A stretch of DNA of 63,703 bases, filler included, from Reclinomonas americana ATCC 50394 (Eukaryota), in NCBI GenBank assembly GCA_048213135.1. It is 25 parts of 25 records of this genome, joined end to end, with 100 filler letters (N's around TTAATTAATTAA, not from the genome) between each part and the next. Parts side by side here need not be neighbours in the genome. Positions count along the whole stretch, not along the records: positions 51,332 to 53,417 come from AFZH01024249.1; positions 53,518 to 55,542 come from AFZH01024250.1; positions 55,643 to 57,789 come from AFZH01024251.1; positions 57,890 to 59,199 come from AFZH01024252.1; positions 59,300 to 62,549 come from AFZH01024253.1; positions 62,650 to 63,703 come from AFZH01024269.1; 19 more parts are not named here. The stretch is one strand, 5' to 3'. The translations under genes and the position numbers were made by a program. Shown here one piece after another: positions 51,332 to 63,058 of this stretch (the stretch's first letter is position 1; the number at the start of each line of letters is the position of its first letter). The notes beneath the pieces were generated by a model. It saw nothing but the letters and a program-made list of their open reading frames with translations, had not been told where the DNA came from and did no database searches.

Positions 51332-53417
51332 TGTCCGTGTGCACGCTTGCTCAAGGTGTGGCACAGGGTTGCCGCCTTCATCGCTGGCACCAGCGCCGCC
51401 GTCTGCCGGCGGCGCAGGTGGAGGAGCTGGAGGAGGACAGGCAGCGCTGCCGAGTGCCATGTTGATGATGCAACCACGATTCATTGACGGCGACGAGACC
51501 AGTGAGCGTGGATCGTCGCTGACCTCGGCCATTAGCGACGAGGCGACGGTGCGGGCGGAGGACGATGCGGCCATTGCGGGGTGTGACCCGGCAGGAGCCG
51601 AGGCCCTGGAGCATCATCGACACATTCTCAATCGTTGCGCTGATGCTGACGCTGCTGCTGATGCTGGTGCTCGTCGTCGATTCGTGTTGGCTCACGCCCT
51701 TCTCTGGTAGTATTTCGCGACCTGGTCTACCGCCTACCTGACCGCATGTCGAATCTGCTGCCGTACATGCGGGCCGAGCTGACCGACACGGCCGCCTACA
51801 TGGTCCGGCCGTACATGTACTCGACGCTGGCCGAGCGCATCAGTTCGCGACCGTACCTCTCGGTGGTGGAGAAGCGGTGGATTGCGTTTCAGATTTTGTA
51901 CGCGCTGCACCAGATGTACGAACTGGGCGTCTGTCACCGCGACATCAAGCCGCAGAACATTCTCATCAGCTCGTGGGGCTGGGTGTACTTGGCGGACTTT
52001 GCACCATTCAAGCCGACACTGCTGCCGCAGGACAACCCGTCGGATTTCCACTACTTTTTCGACACCACCTCGCACCACGCCTGCTATCTGGCACCGGAGC
52101 GCTTCTGGAGTGAGCATTCCGCGACCGAGGTTGGGGGCAAGAAGGGACGCGCAGCCGGTTCCTCGGTTGCCGCGAATCCGGCGCCGACTCCCGCCCGTGC
52201 GCCGCGCAGTGTGCCGGGAGCTGCTGGCGCGACCGCGTCGGCCTCGGATGGTCGAACCATGTCCACCAGTGTGTCAGCCGGCGTCACTGCGGTGTCGTCG
52301 GCCGCTGGTCTGGCCGCCGTACCATCCTTTTTGGTGCAAAAGGTCGTGCCTGCACAGACGCTGGAGATGAAGCGACGCACGCTTGCCGGAATTCCGGTAC
52401 GCTCTATTTGCGCCATCGACCTTGTATCACTGCTTATGCAACATGCACACAGGTGAATGCCGGCAACATGTCTGCGGCGGCGAATGTCGACGACGTGGGC
52501 GCCAGTCGCGCGCGAGCGAGTAGTGTACCCGGTGGCAAGGATGTAGTGCACTTGGCCGGCACAGGCGGCGGCGCGACCGACGAAGATGATGACGACGACG
52601 ACGATGAGGATGAAGATGATGACAGCGGAAGTGAGGAGCTCTTTGATGCAGACGAGGAGAAGGTGTCGTCGGGTGACGAATACGATGACGACGAGGAGGC
52701 GGGCTCCGACGACGAAGAGTACGACAGCGAGGATGAAACAGCGACATTCATGGGTGGTGCGTGCGCTCCACGGCCTCGCAAGCGTTTTCCCCTCTCTTGC
52801 CGCTTACCGCATTGCGATTGTGCAGACCGAGAAAAGCGACAGCGCCAGCTGCCAGAGGAGTTTGCCACACGAAGCATGCGTCTCGACGCTAGTGGTGTGG
52901 CCTTCGGTGAAGCCTCCGCGTTTGTGATGGTCGACGGAACTGAGAGCTCTCTCTTTGGTGGTCGCCCGCTGCGCGGAGGCCCTGCGCCCACCGACTCCTT
53001 TTTCGTCGAGACCGCCAGTGCATCGTCGCCGGCAGCGGCGAGTCGTTGCGTTGTTGTTGGAGCGAGGGCGCTGCTTTCGTGACGAAACGTGCTCTACAAT
53101 ATTTACCATTGTCACGATCTGCACTCGCAGAGAATGTCGACACCCCTCCCACTGCGTACACGCCGGCCATGGACGTGTTTTCTGCTGGCTGTGTGATTGC
53201 CGAGCTGTTCCTGGATGGACGGGTACAGTCATTTTCTAGATTTCACGTGCACATGATACCATCCTCATTTCGCCGGTTGATGTGCACAGCCATTGTTTGA
53301 TTTGTCGCATCTGCTGGCGTACCGCCGTGGCGAGTACGATGTGCGGCAGCTGCTGAAGAACATTGAGTGTCCGTTTGCACGCGGACTTGTCTCGTCGATG
53401 ATCTCCCGCAATCCTGC
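51332..53417 (+). CDS. VPS15: Vps15/PIK3R4 kinase-domain region, spliced, partial
   Basis: RISSRPYL..VEKRWIAFQIL, HRDIKPQNIL..SW.WVYLADFAPFKP..LPQDNPSDF.YFFDT..CYLAPERF, MDVFSAGCVIAELFLDG, PLFDLSHLLAYRRGEY. Confidence 0.93.
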
Positions 53418-53517
53418 NNNNNNNNNNNNNNNNNNNNNNNNNNNNNNNNNNNNNNNNNNNNTTAATTAATTAANNNNNNNNNNNNNNNNNNNNNNNNNNN
53501 NNNNNNNNNNNNNNNNN

Positions 53518-53604
<87 letters not shown>

Positions 53605-53665
53605 TGTTTGTGTAGCACGTTGGGTGGTGAGCAGTATTTGTCAACCCACTCACCCTCCTCCGCAG

Positions 53666-55040
53666 CGTATTCGAGGAGTCCAAGCGTTTTGGTGGCATCA
53701 CCTCCATGGCGTTCGGCGACTACTGGATCTTGACTGGCACGCAGAGTGGTTTCATGACGTTGTGGGACATTCGATTCCAGATCCCCTTGCTACGATTCCG
53801 GCACCACTCGGCCCAGCCAGTCTACGATGTGACATTGCACGGGTACGAGTGGTTGCATTACGTGTACGCCGATGTACGCGCCGTGTTTGACCCTTGGGTG
53901 TTGCAGACCGTCCAGTGTGCTGGTCGCCTGCGGCAATCAGGAGCTGCGACGGTACCGATTGGACTTGGATACCGCGCGCTGCACGAATGTGTTCTCCGTC
54001 GGCTGCCTCTCCTACGACAGCATTCGTGACATCCAACAGCAGTACACCACCGGTGCAACGCAAAATCTGGTGGGCCTGGACGGGCACGCCGATTGGAAAG
54101 CCAAGCAGTTGCAGGCCAGCTCAGCTGCCGACAGTTCTGCAGCCTCCAGCAATGTTCGATGCATGCTAGTTCCTTCGCAAGCGCACGCCCGATTCTGCAT
54201 GGCCGCCGACGGTTAGTTGTTCTCGAGCAGCAAATGTGTGCCGCCGCTGCCTCCATCTCACACACGTGGTGCAATCAGAAAATGTGCTCGGCGCCAGCAC
54301 CTTCCCCGAAGTGATTCCACCGAGCTCGTTTGCTTTGCCGCCGGTCTTGTTCGGCACCAGTGACGGCGCGCTTCGCGTGTGGGACGTGGGTGCGTAGGCA
54401 GTAGGCAGGCAGCCTGCCTTGTCGCAGCTGTTGTTGTTGGCTAACAGTCGACCGCAGGACAACCGCAAAACTCGTGCGTCTTGTCGCCTGCTCCCACGCA
54501 CGTACGCCTCTTGCAGGAGACGCAGACTGCGCAAGAGGAAGAACGAAAGCGACGTGCCGACTGGGCACGTCATCAGCGCGAAATGCAGGAAATGGAGAGC
54601 AAGTCTGTCAAGGTGCATTGCTGCGTTACTGCGTTTCATTACTGCTGCTCCCGCTGAATGCCTCTTATGTGATCTTTCTTCGACGGTCAGCGTGCGATGA
54701 ATGCCGCTGCGATGGGCTTGACGGAGACCGACTTTGATGGACGCATGGGTGGTGGTGGGAGTGGGAGTGCCGCAGACGCAGCCACGCCGTACAAGACATC
54801 GCACATTGGTCGGTGTCAGGTCACTTGGGAGGACACGGAGCTGATGGCCAGTGTGGATGACAGCAGTTGCGTGCGCGTCGCTCCGCCTTGTCACTGTGGA
54901 TTCTCACCGGCGTGAACGCAGAAAATCGACCACACTCCGGTCATCACGACGCCATCCTCGGTCTGTCCATGTTGCACGTCGGTGGCGAGAACTTTTTGTT
55001 GACGGCCGGCCGTGACGGCTTTGTCAAGATCTGGAGGTAG
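53666..55040 (+). CDS. VPS15: Vps15/PIK3R4 C-terminal WD40 region, spliced, 5'-partial
   Basis: GITSM..WILTGTQSGFMTLWDIRFQIP and terminal GHHDAILGL..LLTAGRDGFVKIWR*. Confidence 0.85.
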
Positions 55041-55139
55041 AGAGACGCCGTGAGCGATCAGAAAATGACACTTGTTTAATTGTCTGCAGTGGTTGGTCCT
55101 CCTCTACACGAGAGGAAGTGAGATTGTGTGTTGAGTTCG

Positions 55140-55542
55140 TCAACACACATCACATAGATCAGCTGCGCGTTCGCGCAGCAGCAAGTCCGTTTCACGGTCA
55201 ATTCCACTGGCCTCGTTCCACTGAACGGCCTTGAGGCACGGGGGAGGTGGTCTCTTCATCGCTGTGGTGTCGTCGAAAGCTGTCCATCTGCACAGTGGCG
55301 TGCTGCAGCGTTCTTCGGCTGCCGGGTCGAAGGAATGGGGATTTGTGTGCGTCTGTCGCTGTGACCCGGATGTCGGTAGGTCGTACCGCACCACTCGATC
55401 GGCTCCCACAACGACGTAGCTGCGCGTATGAATGAGACTCGGTGGTGGTGACGTGCAGTAGAAACTGCAGCTAGACTGCTCACCTGCAGCACCAGCTAAT
55501 GGCCACGCGTGCCACCGACGGCAGCACCAATAACACCGAATG
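55140..55542 (-). CDS. Probable C-terminal exon(s) of the NACHT-pentapeptide protein
   Basis: LKAVQWNEASGIDRETDLLLRERAA resembles the GLS..N..LL.QRGA terminus of NACHT-pentapeptide-WD40 proteins; same strand as and adjacent to the NACHT contig. Confidence 0.55.
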
Positions 55543-55642
55543 NNNNNNNNNNNNNNNNNNNNNNNNNNNNNNNNNNNNNNNNNNNNTTAATTAATTAANN
55601 NNNNNNNNNNNNNNNNNNNNNNNNNNNNNNNNNNNNNNNNNN

Positions 55643-57789
55643 TTCATGAACAGATGCTACAAGAAAAGAAAAACATGAACACAGACCACGAGAGCCGGCT
55701 TGACATCGCCAAACGAGGCACCCGTCAGGTCGCAATGGCAGAGAGAGGTGCCGCGAAGAACTGCCGCGGTGAAGTCGACGTGACTGAGGTTGGAGCGGTC
55801 CAGCAGTGTTCCCTCCATCATGACCTGTATCCAGTGACCACTCGGTCAACACGATGAAGAAGCACGGGCGGTGAGGGTGAACAGCATGCATAGCATTACT
55901 GCACCTGCGACAAATCGGCACCAGGGATGTGAATGCCACTGAGATCAATCCCGTGAAAGGTGAGGCGGCGGTAGTTGAGCACAGAGATGGCGTTGGCAGC
56001 CAGCAATCCCAGTGCTGGGTTGCCGCGACTTCGCAGAACGACCGTCTGTAATACTGCCCGAAGCTTGTCATTGCGCTCCACAAATATTGCCATGAAGCGC
56101 AAAATGGGCGACTGCGAGCGTGTGTGTGCTATGAGGAGGAGGCCAGTGACAAGCAGGACGAAAACGCCGACAAAAAATAACCTTGATGCGAGACAAGGGG
56201 AACTGCGCAAGCGTGCAGTCGGCCGGGTCGCGTTCGGGTGTGACAGACCACTGCAGCAGTGTGTTTGCCGCCTCTTCGGCGGCAAACATGAAACCCACCA
56301 TCTTGTGACGAAAGGTGACCAGGGGCGCCGTCGTGGGACCCACCGTAGTCAAGAGGCACTGTAAGAGAGGCACAGAAGCGGTGAGCGGCAGTCGTTGTGA
56401 GTGAGCTTTCTTGCTTTGACACGTACCGCCTGCAGGCTGCGAGAGAACCCCTTCCTCAAACGAGTACTCTCCGCAGCCCCGACTCCAAGCACGTCGATTG
56501 GCGTCGGCATCCGCGCAAAGAACTCCGGTCCGAGTGATTAATGAAGCCAGACTTCTGCAATACCGTCGCCACTGCTGTTGCATGCTGCCATGTGCTCGCA
56601 TCTCCTAAAAAAAAAGAGTGGTTCTCAGCGACAACACCGCACTGCAGTCAGACACAACAGCGAATACTCACCGACTCCTCGCCATCTCCGGACTCGTTTG
56701 CTGGTCGCTGTATCGTATGGCAGTACAAGTCAGCTGCCATTGAACGCGATGCCATGCAGAAAAAGAGTGCAACACACCACGGTCATTGCGCACTGATCCA
56801 TGTGCCAACGTGCATACACGTCGAGAATGTCGTTGACGGCCAGTCGCGAGACTTGATGAGCGCGCGTCTGCAGCTCTGGTAAAATGTTGGCGACCAGCAC
56901 AAGAAGAATGGCTGCATTGCAGGAGGTGAGACGCCAGTGGGATGGAGACTGACGGGGGCAGTGATGGATGTGTACCGTGTCCACCAGCTCCCGGAGACCT
57001 GGTACGACCCGAAAATGATCGTTGTACTGCTCCCACTCGCTCCACCGCGCGAGCGATCCAGCAGCCACAGCGCGAAAGTACTCCTCGATCTGCTGCTCTT
57101 GCAGATCGAGCAGGCGACACTCGAGATATTCGACGCCCGGACGCACCAATAAACGTGAGTATGTGTGACCTGCCTGCCGCAGCACCGATTCGTCACATGT
57201 GACCACCAACTTGGCGTTCCAGTCCTTGCGCGAGATGAGATTGTCAGCGCTTCTGGAGGAAGTAAAGGCGGAACAGGCAGTAAGCCGCACCTTGAGCTGG
57301 TCAGCAATGTGCACCAGGTGCGGGAGGGCACGCGGATCAGATGGATCTCGTGCCAGCTCGTCATAGCCGTCCAGTACAAACAGCGTGGCCGGCGGCCGCC
57401 TCCGGCCCGTCGCTCGCGGCTGCAGCAGCAACAACAACGTGTCACATTTCTTTTCCCAATAGACCACTTACACGATTCTGTCTTACCGGTGGCGACGACC
57501 GACGCTGGACTCCAAGGTGAGTGGCCAGTTGCTCCAGGAAGCAATCTGCGGCCACCGACTTGGCATGCGCGACGGCGCGAAGCGACACAAACACTGGTTG
57601 TGTCACTGGCGTATTGTCGGGACCCCGCACAGTGGCCAGCATGTCGCACAGCCGACGCACAAGGAACGTCGATCCAGAGCCACTCTTCCCGTACACCAGC
57701 AGCAACCGGGGGCCTTCTTCTTCCTCCTCGCCAGTGTCGACATTGTCAGCGGAACCTTCACCGACCGCACAGTCTTCGCTCTGACTTGG
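55643..57789 (-). CDS. NACHT-type STAND NTPase with pentapeptide repeats, spliced, partial
   Basis: LLLVYGKSGSGST (Walker A-like), PVFVSL, FVLDGYDE (Walker B), KLVVTC, QIEEY, FRHK, AANAISVL..FHGIDLSGIHIPGADLS, LDRSNLSHVDF..DLTGASFG. Confidence 0.85.
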
Positions 57790-57889
57790 NNNNNNNNNNN
57801 NNNNNNNNNNNNNNNNNNNNNNNNNNNNNNNNNTTAATTAATTAANNNNNNNNNNNNNNNNNNNNNNNNNNNNNNNNNNNNNNNNNNNN

Positions 57890-58762
57890 GGCAGAAACGA
57901 CCGACTCTGTGTGCGGAAGTGCAGGGTCTGCAGTCTCTGCGGGAAGCGCGTCTCCCTGTCGGTTGTCAGGCGCCTCCTGCACAGCGCCGACTGCGCGAGT
58001 GCTGCTGCTGTTGGTGGCGAATTCGTGGAGAATGTCAAACGCCGAGTGCGCTACGGTGATCCACGGTGCCGGTGTGCCACCACCCACGCATCGGCGGCGA
58101 TTCGCCAGCAGATCGATCACGATCTGCGGAGGTTCCGCCACGTTCCCGCTGGGCACGAGATGCACCGACGGGCGGCGCGAATGCCCACCAGCTCGGTCGC
58201 GATGAGGCTGGGCTTGTGCTTGTCGTTTTTCGGGCGCAGAGTTCTGCAGCTGTGATCATCGCATGAGAACGACAACTGGATTACAAAGCGCAAATAAGAG
58301 TGAAGGCACCTCAACAGCAACAGTGGCACTGCTTGGTCTGTGCAGCTGTGTACCACCGTCGCCTTCCGGCATGCTGCAGCCGACAGTCTCCTCCTCAATG
58401 TCGTGTGCGAATGATGTACGTCGGGTCCGCTGTGAGGGTATGCGAGGTGCGCCACCCTTCTGCTGCTGGTGTTGTTGCTGCTGTTGCTGCCGCTGGTAGT
58501 CGGAGTTGGTGCGCATCACAGTGTTGTGCTGCGACGCTCCTGCCTGAGTAATGGACGACACAGAGCTGGATCGCAGTCCCGTGAAACTGGCGGCCGTCGG
58601 GGAACGGCCGCTCATCCAGTTGGGTGCGCCGCCGGTACCAGCAGCGGCGGCGCCGCCGCCGCCCGAAGTGGTCGTCGTGAGCTTGCCATTACTCACTTGG
58701 TAGGCGAGTGCACGATTGCCATCTAGGGAGGGCCGGCGACTGGTCGACACGCCGCAGCCCAT
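57890..58762 (-). CDS. N-terminal exons starting MGCGVS (probable start of the NACHT gene)
   Basis: ATG at 58762 in CCCATGG context, low-complexity N-terminus, one GT-AG intron, frame open to the contig edge facing the NACHT contig. Confidence 0.6.
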
Positions 58763-59299
58763 GGTGTGGTGTGAGTGACCAAAGTTGTTGTTGTTGCTGT
58801 TGTTGCTGTTGCTGCTCCGTCACGCGAGGAACTCACGCACGCGCGAGTGCGCAGGGAAACAACACGCCAACGAGAGTGCGGACGGATGCGTTTGCTCGTA
58901 GAAAGGTGAAAATGTTGGTTGAATAACGGTCTATTGGCCATTTCGAGCGGGTATCAGAAACTGGCGGAGAAATGATGAGCACCGCCTTCCTGTGGTTCCA
59001 GAAGAAGAAGATAAGAGGTGTATATTCAACGACCGCACTGCTGGCAGGCGATCGCGAAACGAGTTGTCAGCAACAACAAGTTGCGGATGCGGATTCGATG
59101 TGAGATGCGAGATGGCAGCGATCTTCTCTCAGTAAGAAAGGCAGTCATACCACCGTGATGGTTGCGATGAGAGTCCATTGTGCGCCTGGCGATACTTCCN
59201 NNNNNNNNNNNNNNNNNNNNNNNNNNNNNNNNNNNNNNNNNNNTTAATTAATTAANNNNNNNNNNNNNNNNNNNNNNNNNNNNNNNNNNNNNNNNNNNN

Positions 59300-60229
59300 G
59301 ACACGAGTAGCCTGCGCGTGAGCATCGCTGCTGATTGATTGTGCAGGACTTGCTGCAATCGATGATCGACGTTCTCAGCTGCTGTTTTGTTTACTCCTAT
59401 TATTGTTGAGGCTGCGCAGCTGGTGGTTGTGGTGGCCGCAGAGGTCTCTGCTGCTCTGACGACGGCACATGACCAAAGATCGGCTCCTCGTACCGATCGT
59501 GCGCAAACTGCAACGGAGCCAGGTGTCGCACCATGAGATCCGCATGCTGCGCCGACAGTCGATAGTCGCCTATAACTCGCTAGAGTAATACAAGTCAGCA
59601 CGCGCGCGTCCACGTGGAGCACACAACACCGACGCAAAGAACACCTGCAAGCTGTACGCGACTGGATCCTTCGCGCGTGCACTCAGCAGCCGCGACAGCT
59701 GCACATCAGAGATGCGGCCTACAGGCTACCTCGGCGTGCATACACACAAGTCAGGCAACACGCTCACACGCCAGACAAAGCAAGGCACAGACCACTCCGG
59801 GCGTCACAGTCTCCACGCGCCCACGCAATGCCTCTCTGCGCACTCGTGCATTCTCCATGACTCGATCGTAGGCGAACTCGGGCTTGGCGGCCGCCACAGA
59901 CGACGACGCATCCTGCAGTCAGTGAGCGACAGTGTGTGTTTGACAGTGAGCAGTGTGGATCTCCGCACCATTGACTGAATGCTACTCGACAAGCGCTTCA
60001 GCACATCATCCAAGCGCTGCCTCTCCTCCGCCGATGGCACCTGCGCGCTATCAATGGCCTCCTGGAGCATGCGACGTTGCGCCCAGTCGCGCTCACGCAG
60101 CTTCATTGTGGCCTCGTGTTGCGCCTGTGCCGCCGATTGGTCCACTGTCACGCCTGCCTCGACGGACTTGGCGCGCGCTACAGTGTCGCTGGTGGTGGCG
60201 CCGAGTGTGCGGGATGCGCGGCCGCCCAT
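59300..60229 (-). CDS. Spliced hypothetical protein (MGGRAS...); 3' end uncertain
   Basis: AAAATGG start, helical coding exon to ~59945, second exon DASSSVAAAKPEFAYDRVMEN. Confidence 0.5.
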
Positions 60230-60305
60230 TTTGCTGTGTTGATCAATTGATTGCGCGGTGAGTCACACGTGCAACCGTTGTCTGCGATCGTGTGAGAGAA
60301 GAGAG

Positions 60306-61248
60306 ATGGACTCGCCACTGGGCATGAGTGCGCTGAGTGGCAGCAGTGGAGGCGGTCGATGCACGCTGCGTGATCTGTGCGCCGAGGTGAGACGACTGCG
60401 TTGTTTCCCGCGCACAATGGATGACTGAGATGCGTGCGAGTGTGTAGGATAAGCAAAAGGTGGCCAAGCTGGTGATGGAGCTGGCGGCGGTGACGCGAGA
60501 GCGTGACGCGGCAGTGGCGGCGCGTGATGATGCGACAGAGCAGGCTGAGCAGCGGCTGCACAAGCTGCGCGCGCAGAATGGCGAGTTGGCGCGGGAAGTC
60601 GGGCGAGTTGCGTTGGCGCTCACCACAACAGCTCCTCGCGCGCGCGTGGGTCACTGACGATTACAGTAGTTGCGGCAGCGGCTGCGGCAGGCGATCGCAG
60701 TGGCCAAGGCGTTACAGGCGCAGTCGCACACGCTCGAGGTGGAGAACTCGCGGTTACAGGCGTCGCTGCTGCAGGCGGCACAGCATGCGCCGCGGATGCC
60801 TGCGGCGCCAGTGTCGCCCGGCAGCGCGTTGTCTGTGCGCGATTCGATGAGCTCGACGCTGTCGCTGCCACCGCAGCCGCCACTGAGCGGCAGTGACGAT
60901 GATACGGAGATTGAGCGGTTGCTTGGCTTGTTCATGTCGGGAGCGTATGTGGGACCCACGTCCACAGTGGATGTGCCGCCGCTGGCATCACTGGCACGCA
61001 AACAACAGCAGCCAGCTCATGCTGAAGATGACGACGATGATGATGACTCCACGTGCATCGTGAGCCCGATTAGCTCGTTCAGTTCCAGCAGCAGCAGTGC
61101 GAATCGTTTCCGACCACTCAGCGATGACGACGATGACGACGACGATGACCATGGTGGCCGAGGGAGCAGTCGAGGGGAAGACGATGAGTGGATGGCCGAG
61201 CTGGACGTGCTCGTGCGCCGGTTGCAGCATCACGAAGTAAAGAGGTGA
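60306..61248 (+). CDS. Hinderin/KIAA1328-like coiled-coil protein, 3 exons
   Basis: Spliced TLRDLCAE|DKQKVAKLVMELAAV..EQRLHKLRAQN matches the recalled motif SLKDLC.EDK..IA.LI.ELA. Introns 60387-60447 and 60607-60669. Confidence 0.75.
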
Positions 61249-61414
61249 TTGCAGAGCTTGAAATCCACCAGCTACGCAGGAAACGACGCGGAAACGCACG
61301 ACGGGAATAGCTGCATTGCCGGCCGTCGACATCGACCGCGAGCAACCCGCGCGCTTTCTTTTTGTCTCGCTCGATTTTTTTTTGTGTTTCCCGCATTGAG
61401 CAGGGACAACTCAC

Positions 61415-61596
61415 CATGCGCGGCACCATTATTCAATTCCTGCCCTCCGCGCATCTCCCCTGTGATGGATGGTTTGAGGAGGCGCAGATGTTTGCCTCGG
61501 CTGAGAGTCGGTGTGACGCGCAGCCTGTGTTGGCCTTTCACGCGCTCATCAGTGGCATCGAGTATGGTGTCATTGTGCTCGACAATCGTGCGTGTG

Positions 61597-61631
<35 letters not shown>

Positions 61632-62452
61632 GCACGCACACATCCTCCTCTGTCTGTGTGTGCGTGTCTGATCATCTCTTCCCGCCGGTTTCGGTGTCAT
61701 CATCATCATCTCTCATCACGAAATGCCATGGCAAACTCCAGCAACGGTCACCCCACATACTATTCTCCCCTTCCGACTGTCTCTTTTGCCTCTCATCACC
61801 ACACACACCACCGCCCCCACATCGCCCACTCACTCACCTCGTGCGTGCCTGCTGCACAGACACGCTGTCGATCTGGCAGCTGACATCGGCACACGATGCG
61901 CACCACTGCGCCACGATTCATGCTGGCGAGTGTCTGTTGAGCTCGGCCGGTACTCATACGTGTACCGTTGCGTGGGCCGATGCAGAATTTGAGGTGCCCG
62001 ACGAGGTGAGTCTCCTTCCTCCCACCACGACCACTTTCAACTCATGCAATATCGCCGCAATGTATATTCACTCCCGTTGCGCGTCGTGCAGTTGTTCTAC
62101 GTGCTGGTCGACCGCCTCGGCAGTCTGCATGGCACCACCAGCTCGATCGACGAGACGCAGTCGCAGGAGCTGATGGAGTCGGGCGAGGCGATAGAGGACT
62201 CGCAAATGTCGGATGAGGACTTGGGTGACATTTGCTTGGGCGATGGCGACATGCCGGTGGTGCCTGTGGCCAGCATGCCGGCGACGGGCCTGCCACTGCG
62301 ATCAGCGATGAAGAAGCGCACGTCGGCCAGTGACTTGCCCCCGTTCAGGCAGGTCCGGGTGATGCACATGCAAGACCCGGTGCGCTTTGGCCACGAGGTG
62401 GTACACACGATCGATCCCAATGCGCCGGCCAATTATCACTGGTCGCAGGAAG
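61415..62452 (+). CDS. Spliced hypothetical protein, 3'-partial
   Basis: Exons MRGTIIQFLP.., DTLSIWQL..EVPDE and LFYVLVDRL..HWSQE with GT-AG boundaries; LRSAMKK and VRF resemble PP1-docking motifs. Confidence 0.5.
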
Positions 62453-62649
62453 GTGCGAAGAGGGGGGAGGGAAGGGGGGAGGGAGAAGAGAAGGGAGAGG
62501 AGAAGGGAGAGAGCGGGAGAGATGGAGAGAAGACAGAGATACAGAATGCNNNNNNNNNNNNNNNNNNNNNNNNNNNNNNNNNNNNNNNNNNNNTTAATTA
62601 ATTAANNNNNNNNNNNNNNNNNNNNNNNNNNNNNNNNNNNNNNNNNNNN

Positions 62650-63058
62650 CGGTCGGCACAAGGCTGAGGCCGAACACCCCGCCGCGCATCAGCACGATCA
62701 CGGCGAGTATGCCTGCCAGCGCGCCGGCGACGACGCTGCGCCAGCCGAAGCGCAGCGAGCAGCCCGCCAGCACCAGTGCGATGGTCAGCAACAGGGCCGC
62801 AAGAGGCCGCCACTGCTCCTCGAACGGGTAGCGGCCGAACAGGACCAGCCGGAGCTTCTCGTGGATGAAGGCCCAGCAGGCGCCGCCCGCCGTGCGACAG
62901 GTGGCGGGAGACGCTGCCCACCAGGTCGCGTCGATCACGGCCCAGCGCAGCAGCGCGGGCAGCCAGGCGGCGAACAGGGCGAGCATCACGACGGTCAGGA
63001 GGGTGTTGCCGACGCTGCCGAACAGGCGCGCGCGCAGGGAGAGAGCTCCGGCGTTCAT
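62650..63058 (-). CDS. Amino-acid ABC transporter permease (AapM/BztC-like), 3'-partial (bacterial)
   Basis: RARLFGS..NTLLT, WAVIDATW, GACWAFI, FGRYPFEEQWR; ATGA overlap. Confidence 0.9.
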
